DNA of 64,000 nucleotides from Azolla caroliniana (Eukaryota > Plantae > Polypodiophyta). Where the stretch lies: assembly GCA_043228905.1 (NCBI GenBank), contig JBHGNT010000016.1:10354001-10418000 (forward strand), written 5' to 3'. Below are positions 12,941 to 25,640 of this stretch, piece by piece (position 1 is the first letter of the stretch; each line of letters starts with the position of its first letter). The translations under genes were made by a program, and so were the position numbers. A model generated the notes under the pieces. That model worked only from the letters and a program-made list of their open reading frames with translations, searched no databases and was not told the origin of the DNA.

Positions 12941-13960
12941 ATTCTTCGAGGATTGGGCGGGGACCTTATCTACCTCAATGAAGACTTGACCAAGATGCAA
13001 ATTGAGTATCGTAAAACTTGTATGCCGCGAGTCATATAAGCTCTCGTAAAGAGGGGCATCGTGCTTTTTACTGAGACAGACATGTGATAATAAATGATCG
13101 CGCCGCCAATTGACGGTGTGTGGCCCATGTGACAGACAATAAACTTAGGATGACTTTATGGAACTGTAACAGTGCACTTTGGACACAGCTAGAGGAGATT
13201 TTGAAGGTATCTGACATACTTTTTTTAGTAGAAACACATTAGAGCCCAAATCGAGGACTGCCAGGAGTTGACGGTTTTCGTTGGGAATCTGTCTTTAGAC
13301 AAATCTCACGTCGACATACTACTAGAGGGTCTGGAGGGTTTGCGATACTATTTCGGACAAAGATACATAATAGGATAGAAATACTAAAGAAAGACCCAGA
13401 AGCCCGTTTTATGTGGGTAAAAGTCTTCACTAAAGGATCAAGCAATATTTATCGCCGTGTGTTACTTCCCGCGGAAAGGATCCTGATATAATATGGCTAG
13501 AGAGGCAAGTATAGTTGATGAAGGAACACCGCATGGGACTTCTCCATACGAACCTTTATCGGATGACATAATCCGATATTCTTCTCAAGGGGAAGTCTTC
13601 CTTGTAGGAGATTTCAATGTGAGAACCCAATCCCAACAATGCACAATATTTCAGATGGATAGAAACCTCGAAATGGTGAATGTCGACCCTTTAGACTTGG
13701 ACATAATGCGTACATCAAAGGATCAAGCTGTGGATGCCACAAGCTTTGGCCATCTTCTGCTTGAACTTGGAAGCCGACACCAGATGATCATATATAATGG
13801 CTTAGCCAAGTGGTCGGGCTTGGAAGCACTCACATGTTTCCCACATGGAGGAGGGGAAAGCACAGTTGATTACCTAATAGGACACCCTGAAGCTACCCAC
13901 ATGGTTAACTCATTCCGGGTGGCCCCATGCCCCATTGGTGCAGACCATAGCTTCCTATAC
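12941..13960 (+). mobile_element. Non-LTR retrotransposon (LINE) fragment: ORF1 C-terminus plus apurinic-like endonuclease (APE) domain, degenerate
   Basis: IYLNEDLT...RKEGHRAFY (ORF1-like end), then APE motifs MTLWNCN, ILFLVETH, RGSGGFAIL, VFLVGDFNVR, STVDYLIG and GADH. Confidence 0.8.
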
Positions 13961-16900
13961 AGATGGAAGATTCGAGCGGCAATAAAGGCCATAGAAGACT
14001 TGTACAAAGCTTGCCCCAATGTTAAAGTCACGATCAGGGATGTGGAAATGGATCAACACTTCTTCGTGCAAGACTCGGCTTCGCATACTGTCATCCTAGG
14101 ACAACCATATATCACATCGTCTCAAATGGAGACCAAGGTGTTCGATAATGGAGCAACCTTCGCATGAGTCAAGAGTCTTGACAGTCAAAGATCTATTCAA
14201 TTCTTGACAGTGCGAGCTAATCACAAAAGGAAGCAAGATAGCCTTGGAGCGGGCTATTGAAGCATTGGGCACAAATAGTCTGAGCAATCATAAGTCCCCC
14301 ACAAGGAAGCAGAGTGTGTGGATTGCGAGGAGAAACAACATGTGTCACATGTACTAGTGCATCAAGAAGGACAAGCGTCGGATACAAGACTTAGAGAAGA
14401 ATTCGTCACTCATATTTTGGAGGAAGCCTCATTTAACGACACCATCGGCAAAATCGAGGAAGTCATGGACTTGAGCTATCCTCATGATCAACATATGATT
14501 TCGGTTAACTCCGTCAACATGTATGCTATCATCAATGAATATCATCGAGGCATCTTCATGGAGGAAGCTAAAGTCAACACAAAGTATAAAACGGTGGATA
14601 GAAAGATCAAGCCAGTTGTGGTTCCGCTACCGGAAAATAGTTGGAAAAAGATGAAGGAAATTGCGACCAATCCAAGCTTAAGGGATCTGAAGACAATGGG
14701 TCATGTCTTCACTAAAGAGACAAAAGGAAAGCTACGAGTTGGAAGGGAGGATTTCCTCCTCCTTGAAGAGGAGCGAATGTTCCACGGAATGCTTGAAAGA
14801 CATGGGAAGGCTTTCGCATTTTTCCCGTAGGAAATCGGATGTGCTAATCCAAGGACGATAGAACTGATGGTGATCTTCACGGTGCCGCATGTGCCTTGGA
14901 ATTTGAAACCGATACCGGTTCCGAGAGTACACCTACCGAATCTGATCGAGCTCCTAAAGGAGAAGGTGAATATGGGAATTCTAGAACCGTTGAATGCCCC
15001 TTACTCTAATAGGTGGTTCACGGTGCCAAAGAGGAATGGATCGTTGCGATTCATCGAAGATCTTTAACCCATCAACAAGGTGACAATTCGGAATGTTGGA
15101 ATCGGTCCGAGTGTGGACGAATTTGCCGACGCATTTGCGGGCCGGACCATCTACTCCGTTGGCGATCTCTACTCTGGATATGATCAATTCCAGTTGGCAG
15201 TCGATAGTCGTGACATTACAACCATGAAGACTCCGATCAAACTTGTGCGGATGTGTACCTTACCTCAAGATGCAACAAACTCGGTGGCTCATATGGTGAA
15301 TGCTATAAACAAGGTCTTAAAGGATTGCATCCCAGGAATCACGATGCCTTTCTTAGATGATATTTGGATAAAAGGATGTTCGGATGAGGACAAGGATGAA
15401 TCGAAAGATAAGGATGGATGCAGAAAGTTCATCGTGGATCATATGAAGGATTGCGGTAAGGTACTGCAAAGGCTCGAAGATGCGAATTTGACATTTTTGG
15501 GAGAAAAATCTGCCTTCAGGCAACCAGAGATCTTGGTGATAGGTCACTTGTGTGGAGCATATGGCCGAAATCCTCTGCCATCCATGGTGAATGCGATCTA
15601 AGACATGAAAGAAGAATACGTAACCCAAACAGAGGTTCGAAGGTTCCTTGGAGAATGAACGTTTTATCATATTTGGATTGCACAGTATGCCCACATTGTT
15701 GAGCCATTGTACGGTCTGCTGAAGAAGAAGCGGAGCTTCGAATGCACAATCGAGCATACTTTCACCATCCGAAGGCTAAAGAAATTATTAATGGAGGCAC
15801 CTACATTACGGAAGGCGGACTATTCGGACGGCAAGCCCATTTTTGTGACCGTGGATACTAGTCCAACTGGAATCGGATGGGTTATCAACCAAGAAGAAGA
15901 AGATTGTAACCGATATGCAATTTGGTTTGGTGCGAAAGTGTTAAGTGATAGGCAAAGAATGTATGCCTAAGTGAAGAGGGAGCTACGGGGAATTGCATCG
16001 GTGATCAAGTCTGATCGTGACTACCTGATTGGAGCCGAAGTCATAATCAAGACGGATTGCCTACCAATCATGGGTATGATATTTGGTTGTAATACACTAG
16101 ATATTGTCATGTTACGTTGGATCGCATATATCAAATCACTGAACCCGGAGATCCGTCATGTAGTTGGGAAGCATAATGTCGTTGTAGACATGCTATCACG
16201 AGCGAGATATGACAAAGAATAAGATCAACATTCTGATGAAGAGGATGTTGGCTTGGATTTCTTTACAAGTTCCTATGCTTGGGTGCTGACTACTTTCATA
16301 AAAGAGGACTACGAAGGTGAATTTGTGGAGATCGGGAAATTCTTGAGTTCTCTCCAAAGAGATGAGTCTTGGTCGATGGAAGACTTCCACCGAATTTAGA
16401 AGAAGGCATACAAGTATTTCCTTAAGGATGGAGCTCTTTGGAGGCATGCAAAAAAGAAGAATGAGACTCCAATAAGAGTTTGTCTGCAAGCTGGAAGACC
16501 AACAAAAACTAATGTCCGAATTTCATGATAATGTTTTTGCAGGTCATCGAGGAATATGGGCTATGCTTGCAAAGCTTAAAGAGAAATATCGAGGAATATG
16601 GGCTATGCTCGCAAAGCTTAAAGAGAAATATTGGTGGTCGGGCATCTACAAGGATGTGGCAGCTTACATAGAAACATGTAAGGAATGTCAGATGTTTTCA
16701 AATATTCGCCATCGAGATGAACTTCATCTGACTTATCCGTTGGCTATGCATTACAAGTGGATGGTGGACATCGTAATGATGCCAATTGGGTGATGGCAGA
16801 TAAGGTATCTTGTCCTTGTGAGAGAGGATCTTGCCAATCAAGTTGAAGGGCGAGCATTGAGAACTAAGGAGACATCATCAGTATGAAGATTCCTTCTTGA

Positions 16901-18080
16901 AGATGTTATTTGCAGATATGGATGCATCGGCAAGATAGTGGTTGATAGAGCTGAGTTGGATGCCAATGAAGCTAGAGAATTCCTCACCAGGATGGGGATC
17001 AAGTTATCTCTTACCACGGCGTATAATCCGGAAGCGAGTGGGAAAGTGGAATGTGGACATGGACTGATTGGGAAGGCTCTAGTGAAAGTTTTCCATGGGA
17101 AAATAAGAGAATGGTTGTGTCTATTGCCATTTGCACTATGGACTAACATGACTACTCATAGCACGGTGACGAGATACATGCCGGTTGAGCTCATATTCGG
17201 ACAGAAGCCGGTAATGCCAGTGGAACAAAGTATTGTTTTATGGCTGGTATTACCATGGAATGATGAGATAAGTAGAGAAGATCTACAAGCATTGAGGACT
17301 CGACAGTTGGAGCAGAAGTCAGAAGATATAGAAGTGGCTAAAGCACGACTAAAGAATGCAAGGTTGAAGAACAACAAAGACTTCGACAAACGACATCGAC
17401 TTTGTCTGAGGAGAATTGTTGAAGGAGATTGGGCGTTAGTCTATGACATTGGCCTAGACAACCAACATAGTACGGCTCGGAAATTTTCACAGGGATGGTT
17501 TGGACCATATGTGGTGAAGAAAGTTGAAGATAATGCGACATATTGTTTAGCAGAACTGGATGGTACACCACTTACTTTGCCAATTGATGGGAAAAGAATC
17601 AAGATCTTCAAGAGAAGAGACAGAATGGAAATCGAATTCGAATCACTAGTTGGCAATGAGGGAACGCGAGCTCAATTGCCATCTCTGCCTTCGATTTAGT
17701 CTTGGGCATTGACAACAAAGTAGAGTAATCAAAAGAGGAGCCTCACCATGATTGGCACATACCGGTGGATGTGCAGGTTTGGTGGGGGTGAATATCGTGT
17801 AGTTCTTCACATACGATATGAATAATACCGAAATAATTATTTTAGATTAGCTTAATGTCTTGGTATGGAAAGATGAACATCTTCAAGAGCTTCCAAACGC
17901 ATTTTACTACATATGAAACGGAAAACTATGTATCAAGTTATGTGAGTATGAATTCAGAAGATGAGGAAAACAGAATTGTGAGATATATCATATAGATAGC
18001 ACAATGTCAGATCCAACATTATATAAGCATGCCATGACTTATTACTTCATATCTGTGTGTTTGGATCACACAATGGTTAG
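13961..18080 (+). mobile_element. pol: Family D gypsy pol remnant (PR C-terminus, RT, RH, INT), PPT and partial 3' LTR starting at 17793
   Basis: WKIRAA...CPNVKV (same as 42256-42744); RT GDLYSGYDQF and PFLDDI; RH VTVDTSPTGIGW; INT FHDNVFAGHRG...CKEC. GGTGGGGGTGAA precedes TATCGTG at 17793. This LTR shares the TCTTCAAGAGCTT...ACTACATA.GAAACGGA block with the 61302 solo LTR. Confidence 0.85.
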
Positions 18081-18104
18081 GGTCATTTGGGCCGAACTAT
18101 TTGG

Positions 18105-18566
18105 ATAGATGGATGCGGATGAATTGCTTGGAACGATTTTGGAGGACGGTTCAAAACGTCCGGTCCGGGTCGGTCGGATCAGTCGGTCATGACACGCGGA
18201 TGCCTCGGGTACTTACACCTTTGTCTAGAGTAATGCCTCAGGTACGTACCGGGCGAATGAACCCCACTCAGAGGAGTTTGTCGATTTCCCCATTTACCTT
18301 AGTCGCGTAATTTAGATGGATGCGGATGAATTGCTTGGAATGATTTTGGAGGACGGTTTAAACGTTCGATCTGGGTTGGTCGGAACGCGGGTCAATCGAA
18401 TCGGACTGGACGGGACAGTCGGGATGCGCGTATCAGTCGGTCATGACGCATGGATGCCTCGGGTACTAACACCTTTGTCTAGAGTGATGCCTCGGGTATT
18501 TACCGGCCGAATGAACCCCACTCGGAGGAGTTTGTCGACTTCCTCATTTACCTTAGTCGCGTAATT
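18105..18566. repeat. Imperfect tandem duplication (units ~207 and ~255 bp)
   Basis: TAGATGGATGCGGATGAATTG...TTAGTCGCGTAATT occurs twice and includes the minus-strand RT start NYATKV..E.DKLL.VGFIRPV. Confidence 0.85.
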
Positions 18567-19789
18567 AGGACTCATTAGGTAGCAGTGTTGTTGTATCGGT
18601 CAAGCCCCTTCATGTCGCTATACGACCAGGGGAACACATCTTGGTAATCCATAAGCAGCCCAACCAGAGTTGATCGTTCCTTTGGGCCAGTTCCTTCGCG
18701 ATTTTGAGAGTGCGGGGTTTGGTGGGGGAGCCGAGATTAATTTCTTCTAATGTGGAGGCCTTCACTCACTGAGATACAACCAACTCCCATTGAAGTGCAT
18801 CGCGGGTATGTCATATTTCTTCAATGGACCGTGGGTCAGGTTCGTGCACCTCCTTGGGCACCTCAGGAGCCGGCTCGGATACGTAAGGTTCCATGGCCAT
18901 GAGAACATTGATTTCGAACAAGGGAACGGTCTTGGGGTGTTCCTCGAGGAAAGTGTCCATTTAATTGTCCACGAGCCCGTTGAGCATGTGGACTCCTTTC
19001 GCATAAAGCGGACTGGTATCGGGAGGCGTCATGATTTGTTCCTTTGTGACAATACGTATCTTGGTTTTTCCGCAGCGAAAGGAGATCATATTCCACTACT
19101 AGTGTTGCTTAATGTTGGCCGTGCGCAACCATGGGCGACCGAGCAACATTGGGTATTCCCCGGGAGCATCAAGTCGTAACACCACCGCGGAGATGGTTAA
19201 ATTGTGGTCGCCGAGGATGAAATCAAGGTGGCAGATTAAGCCCATTGGGTGAACGAAATGGGTATTTGCCATCCGAAGCCAAAATGGGCAGGGCTCCCAT
19301 TGGCGAGGTATAGGTCGGGGCACGAGGAGCGTTGTGTCAAGGATTGTACTAGAGGCAAGGAGAATTAGTACTAAAGTTAGAGGAGAAGAATGGGGATTAG
19401 TACTAAGAAGAGTGTGTGAGAAACACGTGAGAGGAGAGAGAGAGAGACAGAGAGAAATAATGATGACAGCAAGAAGTATATTATATTATAAGAAGAAAGA
19501 TACAAGAACAGCTAGGAGGCTTAAGACTGGCGTTGAACCGATTGGGTTCTTGACATTTCTAGAATGTTCCAGAAAAATCTAGAATATACATAGATTTCCT
19601 AAGTGAAGTAATAAATGGAAATAATATTTTTTGTATTACAACTTATAGCTTAATGGTAAGGCTTTCGCCCATGTGCACAAGGTCATGGGTTCAAAACCTT
19701 TTGAAGCCATAACATGCTATATCATGACACTAACCCCGCACCCACCCTTAAGATGATGAGTGATATGAGTCATCTTAGAATAAGGACCT

Positions 19790-19960
19790 GGCTTGGCGGG
19801 ATATCGTCCATGAAAGTCCTCAACAAGAGCTCGAGCATTTACCACAATCTCGATTGGTTCCCTAGTACGCTCACTAGGACCATAGCCTAGCCAATCGACC
19901 AAATAGTAGAGCTTGTTGCAAACAATCTTGGAATCAAGGATGATAGTTACTTCGTACTCC
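19790..19960 (-). pseudogene. Integrase C-terminal chromodomain
   Basis: EYEVTIILDSKIVCNKLYYLVDWLGYGPSERTREPIEIV..ARALVEDFH fits the chromodomain pattern. Confidence 0.85.
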
Positions 19961-21469
19961 GGTCCTGCTTCATGCTCGATCGAGGCTGGAGGTGGTATAA
20001 TACGATTCAGAATCTAGTGTTGTCGTGATACGGTTCAAGAAGAGAAGTGTGAAAAACCGGACGTATCTGTAGTTGCGAAGGTAGATCGAGACGAAAAGTG
20101 ACATTATTAATTTTTACGATAATACGGAAAGGACCTAATCGCCGATAGTCCAATTTATCACATGGTCGAGTAGTCTTGATGTGTGGTTATAATAGCCATA
20201 CCCAATCCCCAATGTTAAAACTGATTGGAAGTCGATGACGATCCGCATAATCCTTCTGTGTTTGTTGAGCTTGTTGTAAATGAGTAGATAAGTCTGCCTA
20301 TATCTTGCATAACCACTCCAAACGATCCACTGTAAGAGAATTTATGGGTAACTCTAGAGTTTCGAATACACACCACTAGGGATGATATAAGCATAAAATG
20401 GTGTAACCTAGTCGATGAGTGGACAGAGTTATTATACACAAATTCAACAAACTAGAGAATATCTGCCCGGTCATCTTGTTGATAGCTTAGAAAACACCGA
20501 AGATATTGTTCCAACGTTTGATTTGTTCGTTCTGCTTGTCCGTCTGTTTGTCAATGATAGTAGGAAGAGAGATTACAAGTGACCTTGAGCATTTTGAAGA
20601 GATGCTTCCAGAATTTCGAGACAAATTGGGGTTCACGGTCCCTAATGATGCTATCGGGGAGGCCATGATGCCGACATACCTCTCACATGATAGTTTCGAC
20701 TGTTTCTTCACTAGTGATTTCCTTAGTAGAAGAAAAAAAATGTGCCATCTTTGTATATCGATCTACAATTGTTAAGATCTCGTTGAATCCCTTTGAAACT
20801 GGAAGATCTGTGATAAAATCTAGAGAAATGGATTGCCACGGCTTACTTGGAATTGGCAATGGTTCCAATAAACCATATGGATGATGTGTTGGCATTTTTG
20901 CCTTGCAACATGTGCGACATGTTCGAACATAATCTTTGAAAAATTGTCACATACGAGGCTACCAAAATGATCATTGTACTAAATCCAACGTTTTAATACT
21001 ACCGAAATGCCTTGTTGTATATGTGTCATGACAATTTTGGACTACTCGAAGGTGACAAGAACCATTAGGAACATACAAGAATTTCTTAAAGAATAGTAAT
21101 CCATCATGACTTTTGAATTGTCGATAGTCTGTACCTGGTTATTGTGACTGTGAACAAGATGCCCGAGAGTGATCAATTTATGCTAGAATGGCTTGAGCGA
21201 AAGCATCTATCTTCAAGTCCTCACGTATGGTATCGATAATGTGGGAATCCAATGGCACACCGAAAACTCGCATTGCTTGCAGTCGTGTCGGTCCCAGGAT
21301 TACTTGCTTGTGGTTATCGAATGTTGGCTCACCGGGACGCGGTGCTAGATACGAGTGTCGCAATAACGCATCTGCCTTCCGTTGCTATTTCCCAGGACGA
21401 TATGTAATTTTGAAGTCGAAACGAGGGAGGAATTGGGCCCACCGAGCTTGACGTGGATTTAATACACGA

Positions 21470-21900
21470 TGTCGTGAAGATTTTCGGCAACGGTGTGAAA
21501 ATCGTGTGGAATCGAGAAGGTGTAATGTGCACACGAATGAAAGGGGTGATGGTTACACTCATACGTTAGCATGTCGTAAATATCAATGTAATGAGAACAC
21601 CTAAAGCCTATTTTCATTTTCAAGCATATGAAGGGGTGCAAGTATTGAACCTTGCACCTCCAAGATAGAAAACAATTGACTTACCATTAGGCTAATTTAT
21701 TTCTTTAGATCATCATTATGTTTTTCACATGTGAATGCTCATACATGAGAGCTTGGATGAGGGGTCATCATGCATCACATGTGATGCATGAGCGCCAAAT
21801 GGCAATCATGCATCACATGCATTTCATGCATTGTATACATGTCTTACACCCTCACATGCACATATGCATGGGGGCATCTATATAAGTGGGAATCAATCGA
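21470..21900 (+). mobile_element. Truncated LTR related to the 61302 solo LTR
   Basis: Starts TGTCGTGAAGATTTTCGGCAACGGTGTGAAAATCG like 61302 and shares the CATGCATCACATGC-rich block and TATA region. Confidence 0.8.
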
Positions 21901-22499
21901 TGAGCCGGTTGGTAACGTGCCTACTAGACCCGCTCGTGATGCATCGGTGGGATATCAGGAAGGATGCATTTGAATGACTAATAAGAACTAATTAAGGAAT
22001 CCTCTGAACTGTAATTGCATTCCATTGAATTTCATAGGAAGGGCGATCTTGGGATCTTTATGAATCCCTTGAGTACTCGATCCTTGTTGTTGCAATGTTA
22101 CAATGGTTGCTTCAAGTTGTTGCACGTGTAATGCTAACTCCCCATGTTGTTGTTGCAACTCCCCATGTTGTTGTTGCGCTTGCTACTTTTCTAAATAGAT
22201 TTGTTGAAGATCCCACAACAACCATTGATTTTCTTGTTCCAATGCGACAAACCTTTCTTTCAAGCACTACAGCTCTGAGAAAACAGATTGGTATTCTTGA
22301 GCGCTAACAATTGCCATAGTATTGGAGGAAGGAAGGATAAGAAGATTAGTATAAAGGGAAGGAGGGATACGAAGCTGAAAAGGAAAATCGGTTCAAACTA
22401 TAAGGGATAGTACTAGAGGCAAGGAGAATTAGTACTAAAGGTAGAGGAGAAGAATCAAGATTAGTACTAAGAAGGGAAAAAGTGTGTAAGAACCACGTG

Positions 22500-22537
<38 letters not shown>

Positions 22538-24040
22538 GATGAAAAGAAGAAGTATATTATATTCTAAGAAGAAAGGTACAAGAACAACTAGGAGGCTTAA
22601 GACTGGCGTTGAATTGATTTGGTTCTTGATAATACTCTTGACATTTCTAGAATATTCTAGAGAAATCTAGAATATACTTGGATTTCCTAAGTGAAATAAT
22701 AAACGGAAATAATATTTTTTGTATTACAATTTATAGCTTAATGGTAAGTCTTCCGCCCATGTGCCACAACGTCACGGGTTCAAATCTTTTTGAAGCCACA
22801 CCATGCTATATCATGACAGGTTGTCCCGAGACTCGGGCTGGGAGTGATGTCTATTATCGATGCGTGGAGGGTCTCGGCGGTGGTTGTCTAAGGGGCGTCG
22901 ATTATTCCCCGAGGGTCCATGTCCATGATTATTATAAGGAGGCCGTCGGCCGTGCTGTGGATACTTCGGTTCGTAGATATCCTGTCGGTCGTAATCATGG
23001 TAGTAAGAGTCGTCGTCTAGATGATAACGCTCATTGCGATATCGGTAGCGATCATCCTCGGGTCGAGGTCGATTATCTTTGCGATAGTGAGGCTCCTCTA
23101 ATCGGCATTGGTTGTCGTGGTGATAACGATCGGGCTCAGGTCGGTAGCCATTGTCCTGGGGATGCCGATCGCCATACCAAGGCCTCGCCGCGTCCCTATT
23201 CCGTGGTGGGGGCGATCGTCTTATGGAGGGTGATTGTGGCGGGGCTTGATATGTCGTACAGGGGTAGAGGTTGTGCGATTAAGCATATTGTACTCACATT
23301 GGTCGACCGTATGCACTTGAGAATGGCAGACTGGGCAATGTGGGCGAAGGGGACAACGTACAGTTGAGTGGCCGGATTGTGTGCACATTGTGCATTGCAA
23401 GGCCTGTCGAAACTGAGTCTCTTCGTGGGGCGGCAAGGCCTGTTGGAGTGGCCCCATCGAAAAACAAGTGCTATGCTGGGTTCTATCTATCGTGAGGACA
23501 TGAGTGACCACTTGCTCGATGGTTTGTTGGGAAAAATTGTGCAAGGCGAGAGTGGTGCGGAGTGGCTCATGGAGGCCAACAAGGAACGTGTCTTTTAAAT
23601 GATTCGCAGAGACGTCCTGCGCGAGTTGCTGATAGAGATCCTGGAATTGAATCGTGAACTGAGAAACCGTCTCATGCAGTTTTTGGATTATAGTGTAGAA
23701 CTGGCGGAGCAGTTCTTGCTTCAGTACTTGTCGGTGAAAAAGTTAGAGGAATTATGTGCGAACGTCCTGAAACATCACAAATTCCCCAGGCTCACAATGG
23801 GAGTACCACTGCGCCACGGGTCTATCGAGGGACAGTGTGAATTCAACGATCTTTGAGGCATTGTCCTCCGCAGGGGTGAGACGCTGCTTCCAATGGCTGG
23901 CTTGCCAAGTAGACACAAAAGAGCGGATGTGACAAGGATACGAGTACGGCATAGTGTCAAAGTCCAGGTCTTTCGGTAACACCGGAAATGGGTTGAACTC
24001 AACTTGGATAACTTCGGGAGGGCTCGGAGGTGTGGCGATC

Positions 24041-25350
24041 TATAATAACAAAGTCAATAGTATCCAATTAGACAAGAACCATGTCTTCCACATTTGGACA
24101 AACCACATAGAAGTGCACCACCACTTTGTGTGTGAGCATGTACTCTCGGGTGATGTGGAACTGCAATATGTTTTGATTGATTGATAAGTGGCGGACATCT
24201 TCACCAAACCTCTCAAACTCGTCAAGTTGCGGAAATTCTTGAGCATGCTTGGCCTCCAACACCTCGATGTGCTGAATTTGAGGGGGAAGGTAGAATCGTC
24301 TGAGGAAGCTGAATATGACGAGAGAATGACTAGAAGAAAATTGGTTAAGGAAAGAGCAGCCGACTATAGGGGAAGCGGAACATGAGAGTTGGAGCCGGAG
24401 ACCAACCAAACAAGGAGGAGCTAAAACCAATAGAGGAAAGGTAGGTGGTAGAGCCAAGAAGAGGGCAAAGCTAACCTAAAGATGATGGACAGGACCAAGA
24501 CATGGTTGGATGTGGTGAAGGGCTTAAAGGAGGATGAATTGGAGACATTTGATTTGGGCAAGAGCAAGAACAAATCGAAGATAGAAGATTCAGACAAGAT
24601 GAGTGATTCGGACGAATTGAATCATGTGAAGGCCAAACAGACGAGAAGGTTGCCAAAGATGATACCAAGGTAGGAGAGCCAACGGATCGAGCAGTGCCAA
24701 AGTTGTAGAGGCAAGAAGAAGGTCTTCAAAGGTCTTAGGAGCAGACAAGCCGACCGATCGGATGGGCAGTGGTGCGTGACCAAGAAGGCAAGCAACCAGG
24801 AGATGCTAGAGCGGTGGACCAGCTGGAGCTGATGAGGAACCTCAAGTTGAGCTTGAGGGGGAGTGTTGAGGGACAAGCTCAACATGGGCCGGATCAGTTG
24901 AACAAGCAAAGAGCCGGATCGGATGTATTCCTTTTCATAGTAATAGGAATATCTTTAGGAGTTAATGGCAAATGTTCTTTATGAGAATTGAAGTATTGCT
25001 TGTACTCGTGTCAGCCTACGTCAGAGACTTGTATAAAAGGGCTCATTGAGCAGAGTTATATGTACAGAGTGTTATTTTGTTTTAAGTTTTGTGGTTGCTC
25101 TCTCTTTCTCTCTCTTAGACATACTGAATTCTCCATTCTCTGTGTTTTCCTAACTGTTGACATTGTTCGGCTTACCCGACTGTGTCTATGTATGTACATA
25201 GTGTTATTTTGAATTAAGTTTTGTGGTTGCTCTCTCTTTCTCTCTCTTAGACATACTGTGTATTCTCCATTTTTCGGTGTTTTCCTAATTGTTGACACTG
25301 TTCGGCTCAACTGACTTGTCTGTGTACAAGCTTCCGCATATTATTTTCTA
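24041..25350 (+). mobile_element. Family A copia 3' fragment: RH end, tail, PPT, LTR 24864-~25350 with an internal ~135-bp duplication
   Basis: KNHVFH..TNHIEVHHHFV...ADIFTKPL; TTGAGGGGGAG followed by TGTTGAG. Confidence 0.85.
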
Positions 25351-25640
25351 GAAGAAATATAAAAGAAAAGGAGAGAAAGAAAGAGAAAAAGAGAGGGGCA
25401 TTTCAAGAATTTCAGAAACATGAGGATGTTTTCATAAGTGCATTTGAGAAAATTTCATAAAATTGAGGTCATCGACGAAATTTCAAAAATTGGAGGTTAC
25501 TGAATAAAATTTCAAAAACCCGAGGGTATTAGATAGTATTTTATAAATAAATAAAATGAGGGTATCATACATAATTTGGAGGCAATGGACAAGATCGATT
25601 CACAACAACTCACGAAATACAACGAAGAACACATACACAC

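Larger units (their letters stand above)
19335..22818 (-). mobile_element. Chromovirus (family C) with both LTRs (5' 22399-22818, 3' 19335-19729), internally deleted (PR-RT-RH lost)
   Basis: Paired LTRs; TSD CGTTG/GGTTG; gag start at 21905-22320; INT at 20040-21469; chromodomain; G-rich tract before the 3' LTR. Confidence 0.9.
18100..24040 (-). mobile_element. Family E gypsy fragment (gag 22819-24040; PR C-terminus to RT start 18220-19334), split by the chromovirus at 19335-22818
   Basis: CTMCTQSGHSTVRC..HCPVCHSQVHTVDQCEYN; WEPCPFWLRMA...YPMLLGRPWL; YQDVFPWSYSDMKGLD. Confidence 0.8.

Noticed and set aside
25380-25580. Possible DNA-transposon (MULE/MITE) terminal remnant with AAATTTCA..GAGG repeats
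   Set aside because: No partner inverted repeat or TSD could be identified.
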